Source: Octopus sinensis
Lineage: Eukaryota
Assembly (NCBI RefSeq): GCF_006345805.1
Contig: NC_042998.1
Coordinates: 91,946,001 to 92,010,000, forward strand
Reading direction: 5' to 3'
DNA: 64,000 nucleotides
Position numbers and translations under genes: made by a program. This document shows, piece after piece, positions 1-54,290 of this stretch. Numbering within the stretch: position 1 is the stretch's first letter; each line of letters begins with the position of its first letter. The notes below the pieces were generated by a model. It did no database searches. It saw nothing but the letters and a program-made list of their open reading frames with translations, and was not told the origin of the DNA.

Positions 1-92
1 TATGTATGCATGCATGCATGCATGTATATATGATCTATTTCATAAAGTGTATTGTTAAATCCTTAATAACACAATATGTTTTCTATTTCCAG

Positions 93-39918
<39,826 letters not shown>

Positions 39919-42900
39919 GTGAGTTATTACATCTCCTGATTCCGTTAGTCTAACATTTCCAGAATGTGATACCAACAAACACCAATGAAGTCAATGATCA
40001 AATCTAGGTCCTTTCCATAAGAAATGGATATTTGAAAGACATTCATCTAATTGAAAGATTATTGGGAGAGATGTCAAACTCATTAGGTAGTTAGCTATTA
40101 AATTGGTCAGTTAATAGTAAATATTTTTTCTATTAGTTTTTTCTTCTGCTAAATTTTTTCTTTTTTTTTTAATTGAATTCCTTTCTTAATTTTTCTCTCC
40201 TTTATCTACACCTAAACTATAGTTCAAATTTTAAACTTTTATTTCTATTCTTTTATTTAGTTATACGTTAAACTTAATCAGCATTGTAATAAGCAGCTGA
40301 ATAAAATTACAGACATCTCATTTGATTATCTAATTAACATTTGCATTTGTTGTGTTTTACATATACTTTTTACATGAAGCAATTAATATAAATTAATATA
40401 TATATATATTTTTTTTAATTTGGTAAGGATGTAATCTTTTTTTTTTAGTATAAATCAAACAAAAAAAACTAAGATTTGAACATTTGCAGGGTCTTTTCTT
40501 TTAATGTTTTTTTTTACCCCTTCCTAAATTAATGTCACTTGGTAAACTGAAACTCTTGTGAAATATTTGAGTTCTAAAGTAGATTACTATTTCAGTAATT
40601 CTGCTTTTGAGATATTGTGTGTGATTTTACTGTTGGATAAAAGAAGAAAATGTCCATAAAAGAAGGACAAAGAATTGATAAAAAAAAACTTTATTCTAAA
40701 CTAAAAAAAAATTAACAATGATATAGATTAAAATGGAAAAAAATTGAAATAAAGTTTGGCTTTTATTTCAATTTCATACACTCATTTTAATTTGCTCTTC
40801 TGTGGTGGTGGGGGTGGGGTTAACAAACACAACATCATGTTAACCTGCTTATTCAGTAAGAAAATAAAATGTTTGCGCAATGAATCCTTTAATCTTTTAA
40901 ACCAAATACTTTAACTAAAGAAAACAAAATCAAAAGAAAGTGATTTAGTTTCAAACTTATAAGTGAATAATTCAAAAATTGGTGGTTGTTGCTGAAGTTG
41001 CTAACCAATGTGATAAGCTTTATATGTTGCCAGAAATTGCTCTTTGTCACTTTGCTTTATATTTCTATCAAAACATGCAAGTATTTAATGCTTAAATGAA
41101 CAGAAAAAAATGTTGTCTATGCTTTTGGCAAAGTAGAACAATGTTTTGCATCTGTTTTGTGTATATAAGCATACCATATTCTTAAACAGAAAAATAAAAT
41201 TTGTTTGGTTTTTAAGAGTAAAATATGGTAATGAGATTTTCGTTTCCCAGTATAATTGTCTCCAAATGTAAATTAACTTAGCAATACTTATATACATTAT
41301 ATAAGCTCTTTCTTATTCTTATTCTTCATATAAAATCTATTCGAGTTTATTTTGTATTTCGATAAGTGGTTTGAGAAGAGGTATATAAAGCTGATTTATA
41401 CTATTTCTTGGAATATTTTGAAGGAATTTTCATATTACTTATATATTACTATTTTGTAAGTGTTTTCTGATCATTATTTAAAGATTCTGAGTAAAAGTCG
41501 AGAAAGAGACACTGTCATTTAATATAGCAATCTTATGATGTGTGATTCATGTTGTTGTTTTAAATGAAAGGGAAATATATTTTCAGGCAGTAGTTTTTAT
41601 ATTCATGATATTCTTGAAGTATTATCAGAATGAGTAGAGCACCTTTTAAAGTACTTATGAAACACTCAAAACTATTTCTTGTAACCATTTTCAATATCTA
41701 AAGTTAACATTAATATAAATATCAAGCAAGAAATATATAATATATGTTTGAAAAATGGAATTAGTTACAAGTGATATATAAATGCATTGATAGATATAGA
41801 AAATGAGAGTTTTATAAAGATGAACTCATTAGAATGTGTTAATAAGACTGCAAATAAAGAACTGACTGCTTCAGTTGATGTTATAGTTGTACAGATATCT
41901 CATTTGACTATTAATTAATATTTGCATTGGTTATAATTTATGTATGCATTTTATATAAAGAAATTAGTATAAATTATTATATTTTAAAATTGTGGTAAGG
42001 CTTTGATCCCATTGTAATATAAATGTATTGAAAAAAGGAAAAGATTTGAACACAACAGGCAAGGATAGGTCAGTTTTATCAATGATTTTGAATTGCTTTG
42101 AGACTAGTAGGTACCAATGATAGTGAGTGAAAAAATTCAGTATGCCACTATATGAAAGTGAAGTTACAGGTTAGTGGTTTGAATGCTGGACTCATGATTT
42201 TTAAGTTGCAGGTTTAATTTTTTTGTCCAAGTGGTACATCATTTCTTTGAACAAAACACTTAATTTCTAGTACACTCAGCTGAATGTAATTACCAGTGGC
42301 ACTTGGATATTAGCCCTGGGATGAACTTTTCAGTGGGGAGAGGGATTTTCAGCCTTAAATGCCTTAAAAATTTGGTTAAGCACAGTAACTTATGCAGATT
42401 ATCATGAGCCTGTTGGCTTAAGGAAACTGCATGAAACTCTATAATATACCATATTCTATAACAGTTTCTTACTGTGAAATAAGCATATTAGTGACTAAGA
42501 AAATTACTAGAATTTTAATTAAAATGAGAGAGAAAGAGAGAGAGAATGAATAATACTTTACAAATGTTTTGTGTTTGTGTATGTTTCTGCTTAGCTTGCT
42601 TTGAAATGGCAGATTCATATTGATTATATATATATTCTAACTGTATAGAAATAGATATGTGAATATGTTTTTCATTTTTTTATTTTGGATTATTTTGCTT
42701 CCTGTCTCTTGTTGTCTCAGTGTTAACGCCACGTCTCAGATGTAATATAATTTTGTTTAAGAGTTACATTTGACCATTAATGGCTATCATGTGTTGTCAC
42801 AGTTTCAATGAAGGCTGCTAAATATATACTAATGAAACCTGACAGAAAGCTAACACTAAAAACAGTATCTGTTGCTTATTATGAATTGTAGTCATGGATC

Positions 42901-44270
42901 ATAACAATTAATTGATCTGGAAATGTAACTCAATAATGTATAAAATTTCATTTTGCATTTGATTAATTGAATTCTTTAACTGTAAATGTTAGAGTCAAAA
43001 TTAAATTATGAATATTTTATATTTAAAACATTTTCCAAACTCTAATGATTTGAAATATTTTGTATTAATTATTTTCTAAAAGTTCTGTTATAGATTTGGT
43101 AATATAATGTTCTGTTTATTTATATATATATTCTGTATTTTCTTTGTTTGATTATAAAGATTATGCAAATTTCTGGCAACATATAGAACAAACTACATGA
43201 TTTATTAGAAGCTGATAGGGGTTGTGATAATTTGTGCTTAATTATGATAACTAAAGCATATTTACACAACAAAGTAGTATGTCAACTTTTTGATATAGTA
43301 TGGAATATAAACAAAACCTTTGTGTGGACACACACACACATATAATTGTTGATACAGCAATATATTGCTTAAGAAATATATAGATATATCAACATTAACA
43401 ACTGATACAATTTAGTAAAATGTATACATAATCTATATATATTTGACAAAGAGAACAAAAGGGTTTAAGCTTGAAAATGTTTCTGTATATGATTAATATG
43501 TAAAAAATATTTATAAATCAAATAAAATAATAACATAATAATATAATGATATAAAATAATATATAATCATACTATATCAAAGTGTTGGCATACAAAATAT
43601 TGGAAGAAAAGAGGATAAATAGGAAATGAATTTTTTTGAAACAGGTTTGGTGTGAAAATATGATATGCAATTTCAGAAATATTTCCTTTGAATTTAGGCC
43701 AGTAAATATAAAAGATTGTTGTAAGGAATTTTGTAATATATAATTATACCAGTTTATCCCTGTTCGTTTGCTTATGTATTGTACCAACATCATGTTGTGA
43801 AATATCCTACAAATAAGCTGTTAGCAACTTCAGTGTATGTATATTTATGGGTGTATGTGTGTGTGTCTGTGTACATGTATGTGCATATGTATGTGTATGT
43901 GGTGTATTTATGTAGGTGTTTTGTTATTTGTTTTTTTTTATGTTCAGCAATGTCAGTTGTATAGATCAGCAAAAATTAAAACAAAAATGATATTGTCTTC
44001 TGTATACTGCTTTGTTATTATTGAAATATTTGTGAAATCAATTATAAAAATCACAATTCATCACATTTATAAAGGTATATACATGAGTGCTGATATCCCT
44101 CTAGGTTTGAAAGTTATTGAGTTATATTTTTTTTTTTCAAAAGAAAATCTAGAACTGTAAATATATGCACTACAAATTTGTTATATATATATATATATAT
44201 ATATACGAATATATCAATAAATACCTTGAAAGATATATGTATATTTATATATTTTTATATGTATGTATAC

Positions 44271-44303
<33 letters not shown>

Positions 44304-44624
44304 CACATACATGTATATAAATATATGTATATGTATATATGTATACACATATGTATATATTAATGATTGTTTTTATGCAAAATTATCTATAAAAACAACT
44401 TAACATTAAACCAAAAGATCACTCAATGCATTTTAGTAGAGAACATATCTATTTTTTCAAGGAAAAGGTTGACAATATACATGCACATGCACACACATGT
44501 GCATACATACATACATACTACATACATACATACATACATACATACATACATACATACATACATGCATACATGCATACATACATACATACATACATACATA
44601 CATACATACATACATACATACATA

Positions 44625-45645
44625 CTTTATACAAGGTGCTCATTAAACACAAGAGATTTTAGTCCCCTTTTTTAAAACTTCTGAATAGAGTATTTGAAGT
44701 TAATGCTAGATTTGTTAGGCAAAGCAGACTATCAAAACGAAATAGTGTTCAATATCTTTTCAAATTTGTCTTTGAAAATTTATAGAAAGGTGAGGTAAGG
44801 TGAGGTGATATAATTTCTCAAAGATATATCAAAAAGCACAAATGTAAAAAGCAGCTGTTTTAAATCCTTTTCCAAATGGAGATACCTGGCAGTAAATTTG
44901 GATTTCCAATGAAGGTTTCTTTTACAATGAAGCCACCATTAAACAGGCAGATTGAATGCCTTTACAGTTGTATAAACTTCAAAAGCAACATTAATCTGAT
45001 ATTTTAGCAAAAGAAAACACCCAGAAGCCCTCAGTAATATTCTATGAAGTTTCTTAGCATAGAAAAAGAAACTTATTTGATTTTGAAGGTCATGTTGCTG
45101 GTCAATATCACATTTCACTGAACCAGAGAAAAACGTGCACCATGAAATAAGGTGAATTCTAATGTTGCTGCTTAATTTTTGGACAACAATTTGATTTGAC
45201 AAAAGATGAATAAAAGTAAATATGCTACAGACAAAAGATGAATAAAAGTAAATATGCTTAGCTTGGTTGATAATTAATATTTAGTGCTTTTTAAGTTGCA
45301 TAAATGGCAAATATGACATTTTGTGTGTGTGTGTGCATACATGCATATAAATACACATGCACACACATACACATGCATGCACACACACATGTACACATGC
45401 ACACACACACACACACACACATACACACACACATGTCTGATATTGTTATAAGAAGAGAAATGACAGTGATTTCAAAGTTTCAGCATGCTTGCTATAGTCC
45501 AGTGGAGGCTATCAACCAAATCATCAAAGTCCTTGTCAACACTCTACTTGTAAAAGTATAAGAAATATGTATTCTTACGAAAAGTATTGAATAATTCTTC
45601 AGTGTAATATTAAATTGTATTTATTATAACTGAACATAAAAACAA

Positions 45646-45732
<87 letters not shown>

Positions 45733-46809
45733 CATACATACATACATACATACATACATACAACATACATACATACATACATACATACTTTATACAAGGT
45801 GCTCATTAAACACAAGAGATTTTAGTCCCCTTTTTTAAAACTTCTGAATAGAGTATTTGAAGTTAATGCTAGATTTGTTAGGCAAAGCAGACTATCAAAA
45901 CGAAATAGTGTTCAATATCTTTTCAAATTTGTCTTTGAAAATTTATAGAAAGGTGAGGTAAGGTGAGGTGATATAATTTCTCAAAGATATATCAAAAAGC
46001 ACAAATGTAAAAAGCAGCTGTTTTAAATCCTTTTCCAAATGGAGATACCTGGCAGTAAATTTGGATTTCCAATGAAGGTTTCTTTTACAATGAAGCCACC
46101 ATTAAACAGGCAGATTGAATGCCTTTACAGTTGTATAAACTTCAAAAGCAACATTAATCTGATATTTTAGCAAAAGAAAACACCCAGAAGCCCTCAGTAA
46201 TATTCTATGAAGTTTCTTAGCATAGAAAAAGAAACTTATTTGATTTTGAAGGTCATGTTGCTGGTCAATATCACATTTCACTGAACCAGAGAAAAACGTG
46301 CACCATGAAATAAGGTGAATTCTAATGTTGCTGCTTAATTTTTGGACAACAATTTGATTTGACAAAAGATGAATAAAAGTAAATATGCTACAGACAAAAG
46401 ATGAATAAAAGTAAATATGCTTAGCTTGGTTGATAATTAATATTTAGTGCTTTTTAAGTTGCATAAATGGCAAATATGACATTTTGTGTGTGTGTGTGCA
46501 TACATGCATATAAATACACATGCACACACATACACATGCATGCACACACACATGTACACATGCACACACACACACACACACACATACACACACACATGTC
46601 TGATATTGTTATAAGAAGAGAAATGACAGTGATTTCAAAGTTTCAGCATGCTTGCTATAGTCCAGTGGAGGCTATCAAACCAAATCATCAAAGTCCTTGT
46701 CAACACTCTACTTGTAAAAGTATAAGAAATATGTATTCTTACGAAAAGTATTGAATAATTCTTCAGTGTAATATTAAATTGTATTTATTATAACTGAACA
46801 TAAAAACAA

Positions 46810-46820
<11 letters not shown>
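44625..46820 (+). repeat. Tandem duplication of about 1030 bp of unique sequence (44625-45656 and 45788-46820; period 1163-1164 bp)
   Basis: The copies appear identical by eye except one inserted A (atcaaccaaa versus atcaaaccaaa); identical ORFs appear at 44939/46102. Confidence 0.95.
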
Positions 46821-46886
<66 letters not shown>

Positions 46887-46892
46887 CATACA

Positions 46893-46928
<36 letters not shown>

Positions 46929-47180
46929 TATATATATTATCAGTGTCCTTTTCTATCTGCTTTCCATGATAACATTTTTCTACATGGAGTTACTACCCTT
47001 AAAGGATGGTGCTCATCTGATTGTAGACTTATTTTGAAGTAAGTTACTATTTCCTTTGGTCCTTTGAATAATGAACAGCTCATGCTTTCACTGTAGATTA
47101 TAAACAAGTACACTGTCATATCAACAATGTTTTATGCAGAGTGCAAGCAACATCAAGGTAATAGGAAAACATAAACACAT

Positions 47181-47262
<82 letters not shown>

Positions 47263-47334
47263 GATATATATATGTCGTTTGTAGAAAACATAAATCTGAA
47301 AGAAGAAGCACACTCTAAGATGTTGACCAGTATT

Positions 47335-47550
47335 TATTAAAAATGGGGGACAGCTGGTTTATGTTTATGCAATTACATTAGGTTTCCCATCCATAAAAAG
47401 TTTAGCTTTATGGTATATCATCAGATCCCCATTTTTAAGAGGTCATGGGCCAACAGGTTTTTGGGATCTGGCAATATGCCTTAAAGCTTAACTCTTTATG
47501 GACAGGAAACCTAAGGTAATCCCATAAAATGGCCACCCCCATTTTTAATA
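47335..47550. mobile_element. TA-flanked MITE with long imperfect TIRs (Tc1/mariner-type)
   Basis: tattaaaaatggggg pairs with cccccatttttaata; inner taggtttcccatccataaaaagtttagcttta pairs with taaagcttaactctttatggacaggaaaccta. Confidence 0.75.
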
Positions 47551-47698
47551 TATATATATTATTTAGGAGGGAATGCAGCGCCCATAACCTATCACAGAGC
47601 TTCTGAGATTGGTGGGAGAGAGAGGGGAAGGTATCTTCAAACTGGAAGCATGATCCAAATATTTACATGAGTGAACTCCATGATGCCAGGTGGTATAT

Positions 47699-47759
<61 letters not shown>

Positions 47760-48595
47760 CATGAAATATGTTAACATTTAGAAAAACTATTCTCTGCCAA
47801 ATAAGTTTGTGTGACATGAGAAGAAGAGAATTTTTAATATTTCAGGTAGTGCCCCTTCATCTGTATAAGAAATGCTAAGTGGAGTTGAAGTCTATAAATA
47901 AGGCTGAAGAATGTCAGAAACATTACTGAAGACTAAATCTACATGACATCTTTCTATCTCCTTCATAATTATATGTAGACATCTCAGAAATAGGTTAATA
48001 TATAAGGATTCATAACATTACTTCCTATAAAAGAGGATATGGGGTTATAAATAGACTTTTTTTTATATCTGAGATGTGTTTATAAGAAAATTTATCACTT
48101 TCAGCAAGTCACAGCACGTCTAGATTGCAATTTAGAAAATATTTCATCACCACCACCACCACCACCACCACCACCACCATCAACAACAACATCACCACTA
48201 CCACTACCATCATCATCATCATCATCATCATCATCTGATTTCCATCATCACTGCTACTGTTAGCATTTCTTTCATAATTCCACCCCCTGTCTCACCATCA
48301 TCACCACTATCAATGCAACAATCAGTAAGTCATCATAATCATCTATTGTTTGCAGCTTAGACTCACTCATTCTTTGTTTTAAAAATTTCTTCATTTCATT
48401 TTATCGGGCTTTAAAGTCAGTTTGAATCATTTGCTTCAATCATTCGAGTGTCTTCCATGATTGACTAACTTTTAATAGTTTCTTATATAGATCTTATCCA
48501 TTTTTACCAGATTCTAATATATCACATGCATATAGCATTCAACTTTAGTTATCTCTTCACTGCAAATAAACTCAATCTTTTCATCAATTTATAAG

Positions 48596-48626
<31 letters not shown>

Positions 48627-49049
48627 TGTATGTATGCATACTGAAATTTAGTTATTGTCTTTTAATTCTAGTATGCACACTTTCTAGTTATTATAGTATA
48701 CACTTATATCTAACTTATCTAACTTGTATATCTAAAATGAAATCTTTGGTTGATATATAGAATAAACACGTTTTCAGCATTATAGATAAACAAAGGAAAT
48801 TGAATGGTAGAAGGAGTAGAACAGTATATTATTTGATGAAATGCTTATCTGTATATTGCTTTGAACATCTACAATCTTAGCTCAAATTCTTCCTGGATTG
48901 AATTTATTTTTCAGCATGGACTGGTGAAAATAAATGTATCAATAGTCGATTTTATATTTTTATAATTTATAATTATCCTACCATACAAATTTTTAGCCTT
49001 ATGGTATTCTAAAAAATTATTTATTGTTGTTTATATTTTGCTATTTTAT

Positions 49050-49376
49050 GGAGGTGCATGACTCAGTGGCTAGAGCATCACCATGAGGTGGTGAACTCGA
49101 ATCCCAAACCGGGCTGCATGTTGTGTTCTTGAGCAAGACACTTTATTTCACGTTGCTCCAGTTCACTCAGCTGTAGAAATGAGTTGTGGCATCACAGGTG
49201 CCAAGCTGTATCGGCCTTTGCCTTTCCCTTGGATAACACTGGTGGCATGGAGAGGGGAGGCTGGTATGCATGGGCGACTGCTGGTCTTCCATAAACAACC
49301 TTGCCTAAACTTGTACCTGGGAGGGTAAATTTCTAGGTGCAATCCCATGGTCAGTGTCATGACCGAAGGGGGTATC
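49050..49376 (+). mobile_element. tRNA-derived SINE family C; related copies at about 12668-12880 (+), 42165-42430 (+), 49795-49965 (+), 27195-27435 (-)
   Basis: Head actcagtgg...ctcgaatccc, shared core tgtgttcttgagcaagacactttatttcacgttgctccagt.cactcagctg. Confidence 0.75.
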
Positions 49377-52300
49377 AGATTTTATAGACTACAGTGATTG
49401 CATTCTTGAAGTAATAGACATATTCAATTCAAAGCTAATCAAAATCCAGTTATAGAACAAATAATTTATTTTATTTAAGATTAAAACTAAAGACAAGTAA
49501 ATAACATTAATTATAGTTGCAGAGCACTTACTTTACTGACACAATGAAAACCATCATAGAATTGTAGAGGTGTTAGGATATATCTCCTCACTATTAATTT
49601 GACTGGTCTAAGAAATAGCTTCTCACCAACTTGTGTCATGACTATTTCTTTTAAAAAGGATTTTTATTTGGCTAAGTTTGCTGGCATAAGACAAACTTCT
49701 TTTTCTACTTCTCTCTGTCATTGTTCACTTGTTTTACCATTTAATTCTTACTGCATGAGCATACTAAGATTATCTACTTCAGTTATTCTCATTATGTGAA
49801 GGCACATACCTTATGGTTAGGAGCTTCAGCTATGATTATAAGGTTGTGAGTTTGATTCCTGGCCTGGGTAGCACTTTATGTCCTTAAGCAAGACACTTCA
49901 TTTCACATTGCTTTGGTCTACTCAACTGAAACAAATACCAGCTGAGTGCTGGTGTAGTCTCTTTCTCTCAGCTATCATATCCTGGATGTTTTGCTGGTCC
50001 AATGGTAAAAGAGCAAAGAGTTTGTCTATGTCTGCTTTCAACTGCATAGGTGTCTAGAACATATTTTCAAAAACATGTTATCAAATTGTACTCTCTTGTG
50101 AGTGATGACTATGTTTCTTTTCTATTTATTCTTCTAATGGACCATCATATGATGTCTTTGTATTGATTGGTAATAAATATGCTGTGTCTATGTGAATACC
50201 AATACATTGCCAGTTTATTGAAATAGTGGAGCAATTATTTGTTGTACAGCTCCACAATATTAGCCAGTGTCCTCTTCTTACATACAAAATACAACTGCTG
50301 TCTTTATATCATTGAACTTTTGAGAAAATAATGCTTTTACTTATTTCAGTACTTTATAGAAATCTTCTTGCATCAATGTACAGCTTCTAGTGTTGTATGA
50401 GGGTTCCAATTTAGAATTTTAAAATGGTAGATGAAAAATATAAATCTAAGAAATAAAGATATTCTTGAAAATTTCCTCTTACCTGAAGTTTAAACAGTCT
50501 GCTATAAAATATTTTAAACATGCCTTTGAGAATCTATTGAATGTTTTTCAACAGTCACTGCTGGTTGAGTTATTATTGGCCTAATACTAAAAGAGCAGTT
50601 GATGGTTCTTATTGTGTTACCAATAATGTATTGTGACTTCGGAAAGACAGCATAACTCACCTCTCAAATACTTAGAATACAGACTGTGTAGTACAGCATT
50701 ATAAACAAAAGAGCCAATGTTTACAAGTTGAAGTAGTCTTTAAGGGACACATTAAATAATGTGATTACAGAGACATTGTATCAGAAAAACAAAGAGGTAG
50801 GATGGCCACAGCTGGAAAGTCTTTTGAATATAGTTTAATTTGATCAGAGCTAATGAAGGGCGAAACAGCAACATCAGAGTTCCATTCACTGGAATAGTTT
50901 GATATTGTGTTTAGTATTAAAGGCAAGCATTGTAGAATTGTAGTGGGTTCCTGGTGGATTAAGTTTGTGAACAGATTCTGATTCTTTATTGCCACCATTT
51001 CATTTAATTTATATTACCAATGTCTCAGAGTATGCTCATCTCACTGATAAATCTGCATCATTGGAAGCTATATGAAACTAGATGCAATACTAATAGATAA
51101 ATAACATCCACATAACATCTTCCATTCTGCATCATAAATTAGTCTCTAAAAGATACTATCTCATAAATGTGTACTTCCCATAAATTCCACATCATTCATG
51201 TAAATATAAAATGTATTAGAGATATTTCTTTTATTTCTCTAATTATGATATTGTTATTGTTTTCCTTAAGAGATTTGCTTATGAAATAGATAACATCAAA
51301 AACATGCAATTAAAACTTTCGGGTAACAGTTTAAAAATTATTTGTTATATTTTACTTAATTTTGATAAGAAGAGGGATATCAGCTTGTAAAGGTGAAAAC
51401 ATTTTGATTTCATAATATAATCTTCAAACTCATATGCAGCAGAAGATATTAATTATTAAATTGAAATTGCTGAAGAATGTTAATAACACTTTTCAATTCC
51501 CCTTATCCTGATATTTAAAATAAACATTTTGAAAATATTAAAATAATATTATTTTATATTGTTAACATATAAATTATTTAAAAAATGCTTTTAAAATTAA
51601 ATTTCACAGTTCATACTAATGAGTCAATATTACAATTCTCTGAAAAGTATTTGATTTAGCTATGTCACTCTGACTGTATACCAAAGATAAAAAACTTTAA
51701 AGCTAAAATGTATTTTAGTTAAAACTTTGCACGTTAATAATTGTCACTGAAATGAGTAATAACTTTTAATCAATAGATTCCTTTGATGAGAAATATGATA
51801 AGAAAATATATATTTATAAAGTATTCAACTACAGATGTAAGTTTTTCAATTGGATATGAAGTAGAAACACTCTAGAGTAGGGTAAAAATCATATGATTCA
51901 CTATTCCATTCAGGTATTTTCTGTTATTGATTAATCTTAAAGAGTTTATTGATTCTAAATGCATAGATATTTAGAATCAATATTCAATGGGAATAAAATA
52001 CTCTAGAGTGTAAAAAAAAAACGTCTAGAAAGTAAATAGGTTCAGCTATTAAAATGAAAACTTTTCTAACTACTAATATATCCTGAAGAAATAAGCACTT
52101 TTAATAGGTCTGAGCAAATATGGTAATGTCAACAGAAGAGCCAATGAGTCTTGAGAATTTCAATTGTAGATTGTTTCACTTACCTGGAGTGTTTTCAAAT
52201 GACTACAACTTGTGAAAAAAATTTAAAAAAGAAAAATCTTCCCTTTTCATATTTGTAAAACCATCTCTTACTTGCATTCACAAAATAATCTTTTCTCTGA

Positions 52301-54144
52301 AAACTGAATGTTCCTTTTTATACCAAAGTAAACTTGCTGCAGTTTTAAAATTATTGGCTGAATATCAATTTATTTATTCTTAGTAAAACAAATCCACTTC
52401 ACCTTATGTAACATCATGCATATTTCCATAGATATTTTATTTTCCAGTCTTCTGCATGTTACTCTGAGACACCTTTTCTGTTGCTTATCCTACTCTTAGT
52501 TTGTAGAAAAAAACCATTAGTTTTCTCCTTAACAGTCTCCAAGAACTACTATTAGATAAATCCTGAAGGTAACTGATAAACAATCTATAATTAAAGAAGT
52601 ACCCTCATTACTTTAATTATTCTATTAAGCGTATATGTTACACTATAATATGCTCTTAACTAAATATAGAAACTAATGCAAAAATTCACATCATATTCTA
52701 ATATTTAAGAAATGTTTATCAATTAAAAATAACTAAAGGAAAATTTTGTTTTAAGTTGCTATTATTTTATTACTAAAAAAAATTAAGGTGAAACTTAGTT
52801 AATTCTAGTTGGTTAGCAATTTCTGCTAAAGTATCAGGAAAAGTTTTTTAAAGAAATTGGTTTACGTCATAAAAATTACAAGCTATTTCTCTAAAGTACT
52901 TTTCTATGTAAGAATATTTGTATTATTTGATAAACTGCTCACGACATTTTATTTCACCAAGTACTTTACTTTATGAAAGTCTACTTAACAGCAACAACAT
53001 CAACAACAATTACAATACATTCTTTGTAACAATGAATTATGCACTAATAATATAAACTCTCTCCATTATTGTGACAGGATTACTTGAAGTTGTAGAGATA
53101 CTGTACATTACATAAAAATAATCTACTTTTGAATAAGTGAATTTAAACATTTCATAAGAAATAATATTAAATAATATGTCTGAATAAATAAATAGAAATT
53201 AATGTATTTCCTAATTAGAGTAAAAATCAACATCTAAGAGAAATTTAATGTAAATATTCTGTTTGTAAATTTTGATAATATATACCATGTATACAGAAAC
53301 AGTTAAATAATTTTGCTTATATAATTTCTTGGCTTTCGATTGTCTTAAAATTTTAGAAGACACACTGGTCTCAGTTAAGGTGCTAGATGACAGATAACAT
53401 ATCTTGACACAATTTCACTTAGCTCCGAGGCCAGCCAGATAATTTTGTTCACTTAAGTTTATGCTTCTGATAAAGAACTTCTACAGTTACTTCACAGTTG
53501 AGTGATTTATAGTAAAAAAAAAAAAAGAAATATTTCAACTAAAAGAAACTTTTCTTAATGTTACATTTGCAAGCTATGAGTTCAGGAATAATTGAGTAAA
53601 TTAATTATTCTTATCACTTCCATAAGTAAGAATAGCCAAATTAGGTATGAATCCACCATTTTTTGCTTAAATTAAAGGGGGAAAATGCCCATTCAGAGGC
53701 TTATATTTTTATCATTCCTATTATATTTTGATTACCATGCTCCTATGATATGGATGGATAAACAAATACATGTATGTGTGTGTGTGTGTGTATGTATGCA
53801 TGTGCTAGTGAAACACCAAGTACTCAATTGTGATATGAAGGTAGAGAGTATTTTTCTGTTCTTCACCACTGAATGGAAAAATAGTTGTGTTGAGACAAGT
53901 GAATTATGTATTTTGCTTGCAGGCAATGTATATATCATGGTTTGAGATTATGGACAAAATTTCAGAATGCAGATAACTTCATTGTGATGTTTTAGTAAAT
54001 ACTGTCATAGAATGAATTGACCTGAGTATATTTTGTTGTAGAAATCATGATCAAAGTAGATAAACTAGAGAGTGGATGATGAATAGATAATTTCTAGTCA
54101 CAGATGAAAACAAAATATTTATGACCTGGTCTGTAGAAGTACAT

Positions 54145-54290
54145 AAATTACTTTTCGTTTTTGGATTTGGTTTGCAAGATACTTTATGTGAGTTTGTGTG
54201 TTGAAGCATATTCTGTTGTGTCTGGGTGGTGAGTGTGTTAAATTATAAGGCACAAAAAGAAAATGATTCTCCCCAGACACAACAGTACAT
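54145..54290. mobile_element. Same repeat family, with an inverted partial duplication
   Basis: ctgttgtgtctggg (54213-54226) and cccagacacaacag (54272-54285) form a perfect 14-bp inverted repeat. Confidence 0.6.

Noticed and set aside
50765-50998. 77-aa minus-strand ORF in unique sequence
   Set aside because: No motif or splice support; length is within the random range.
51948-51981. 13-bp-arm hairpin attgattctaaat/atttagaatcaat
   Set aside because: Short, very AT-rich and isolated; no associated element or function can be inferred.
52178-52215. Strong minus-strand donor CAG|GTAAGT suggesting a nested antisense gene (also 14045, 50478, 56288)
   Set aside because: No chain of in-phase exons or recognisable peptide; isolated sites are expected by chance.
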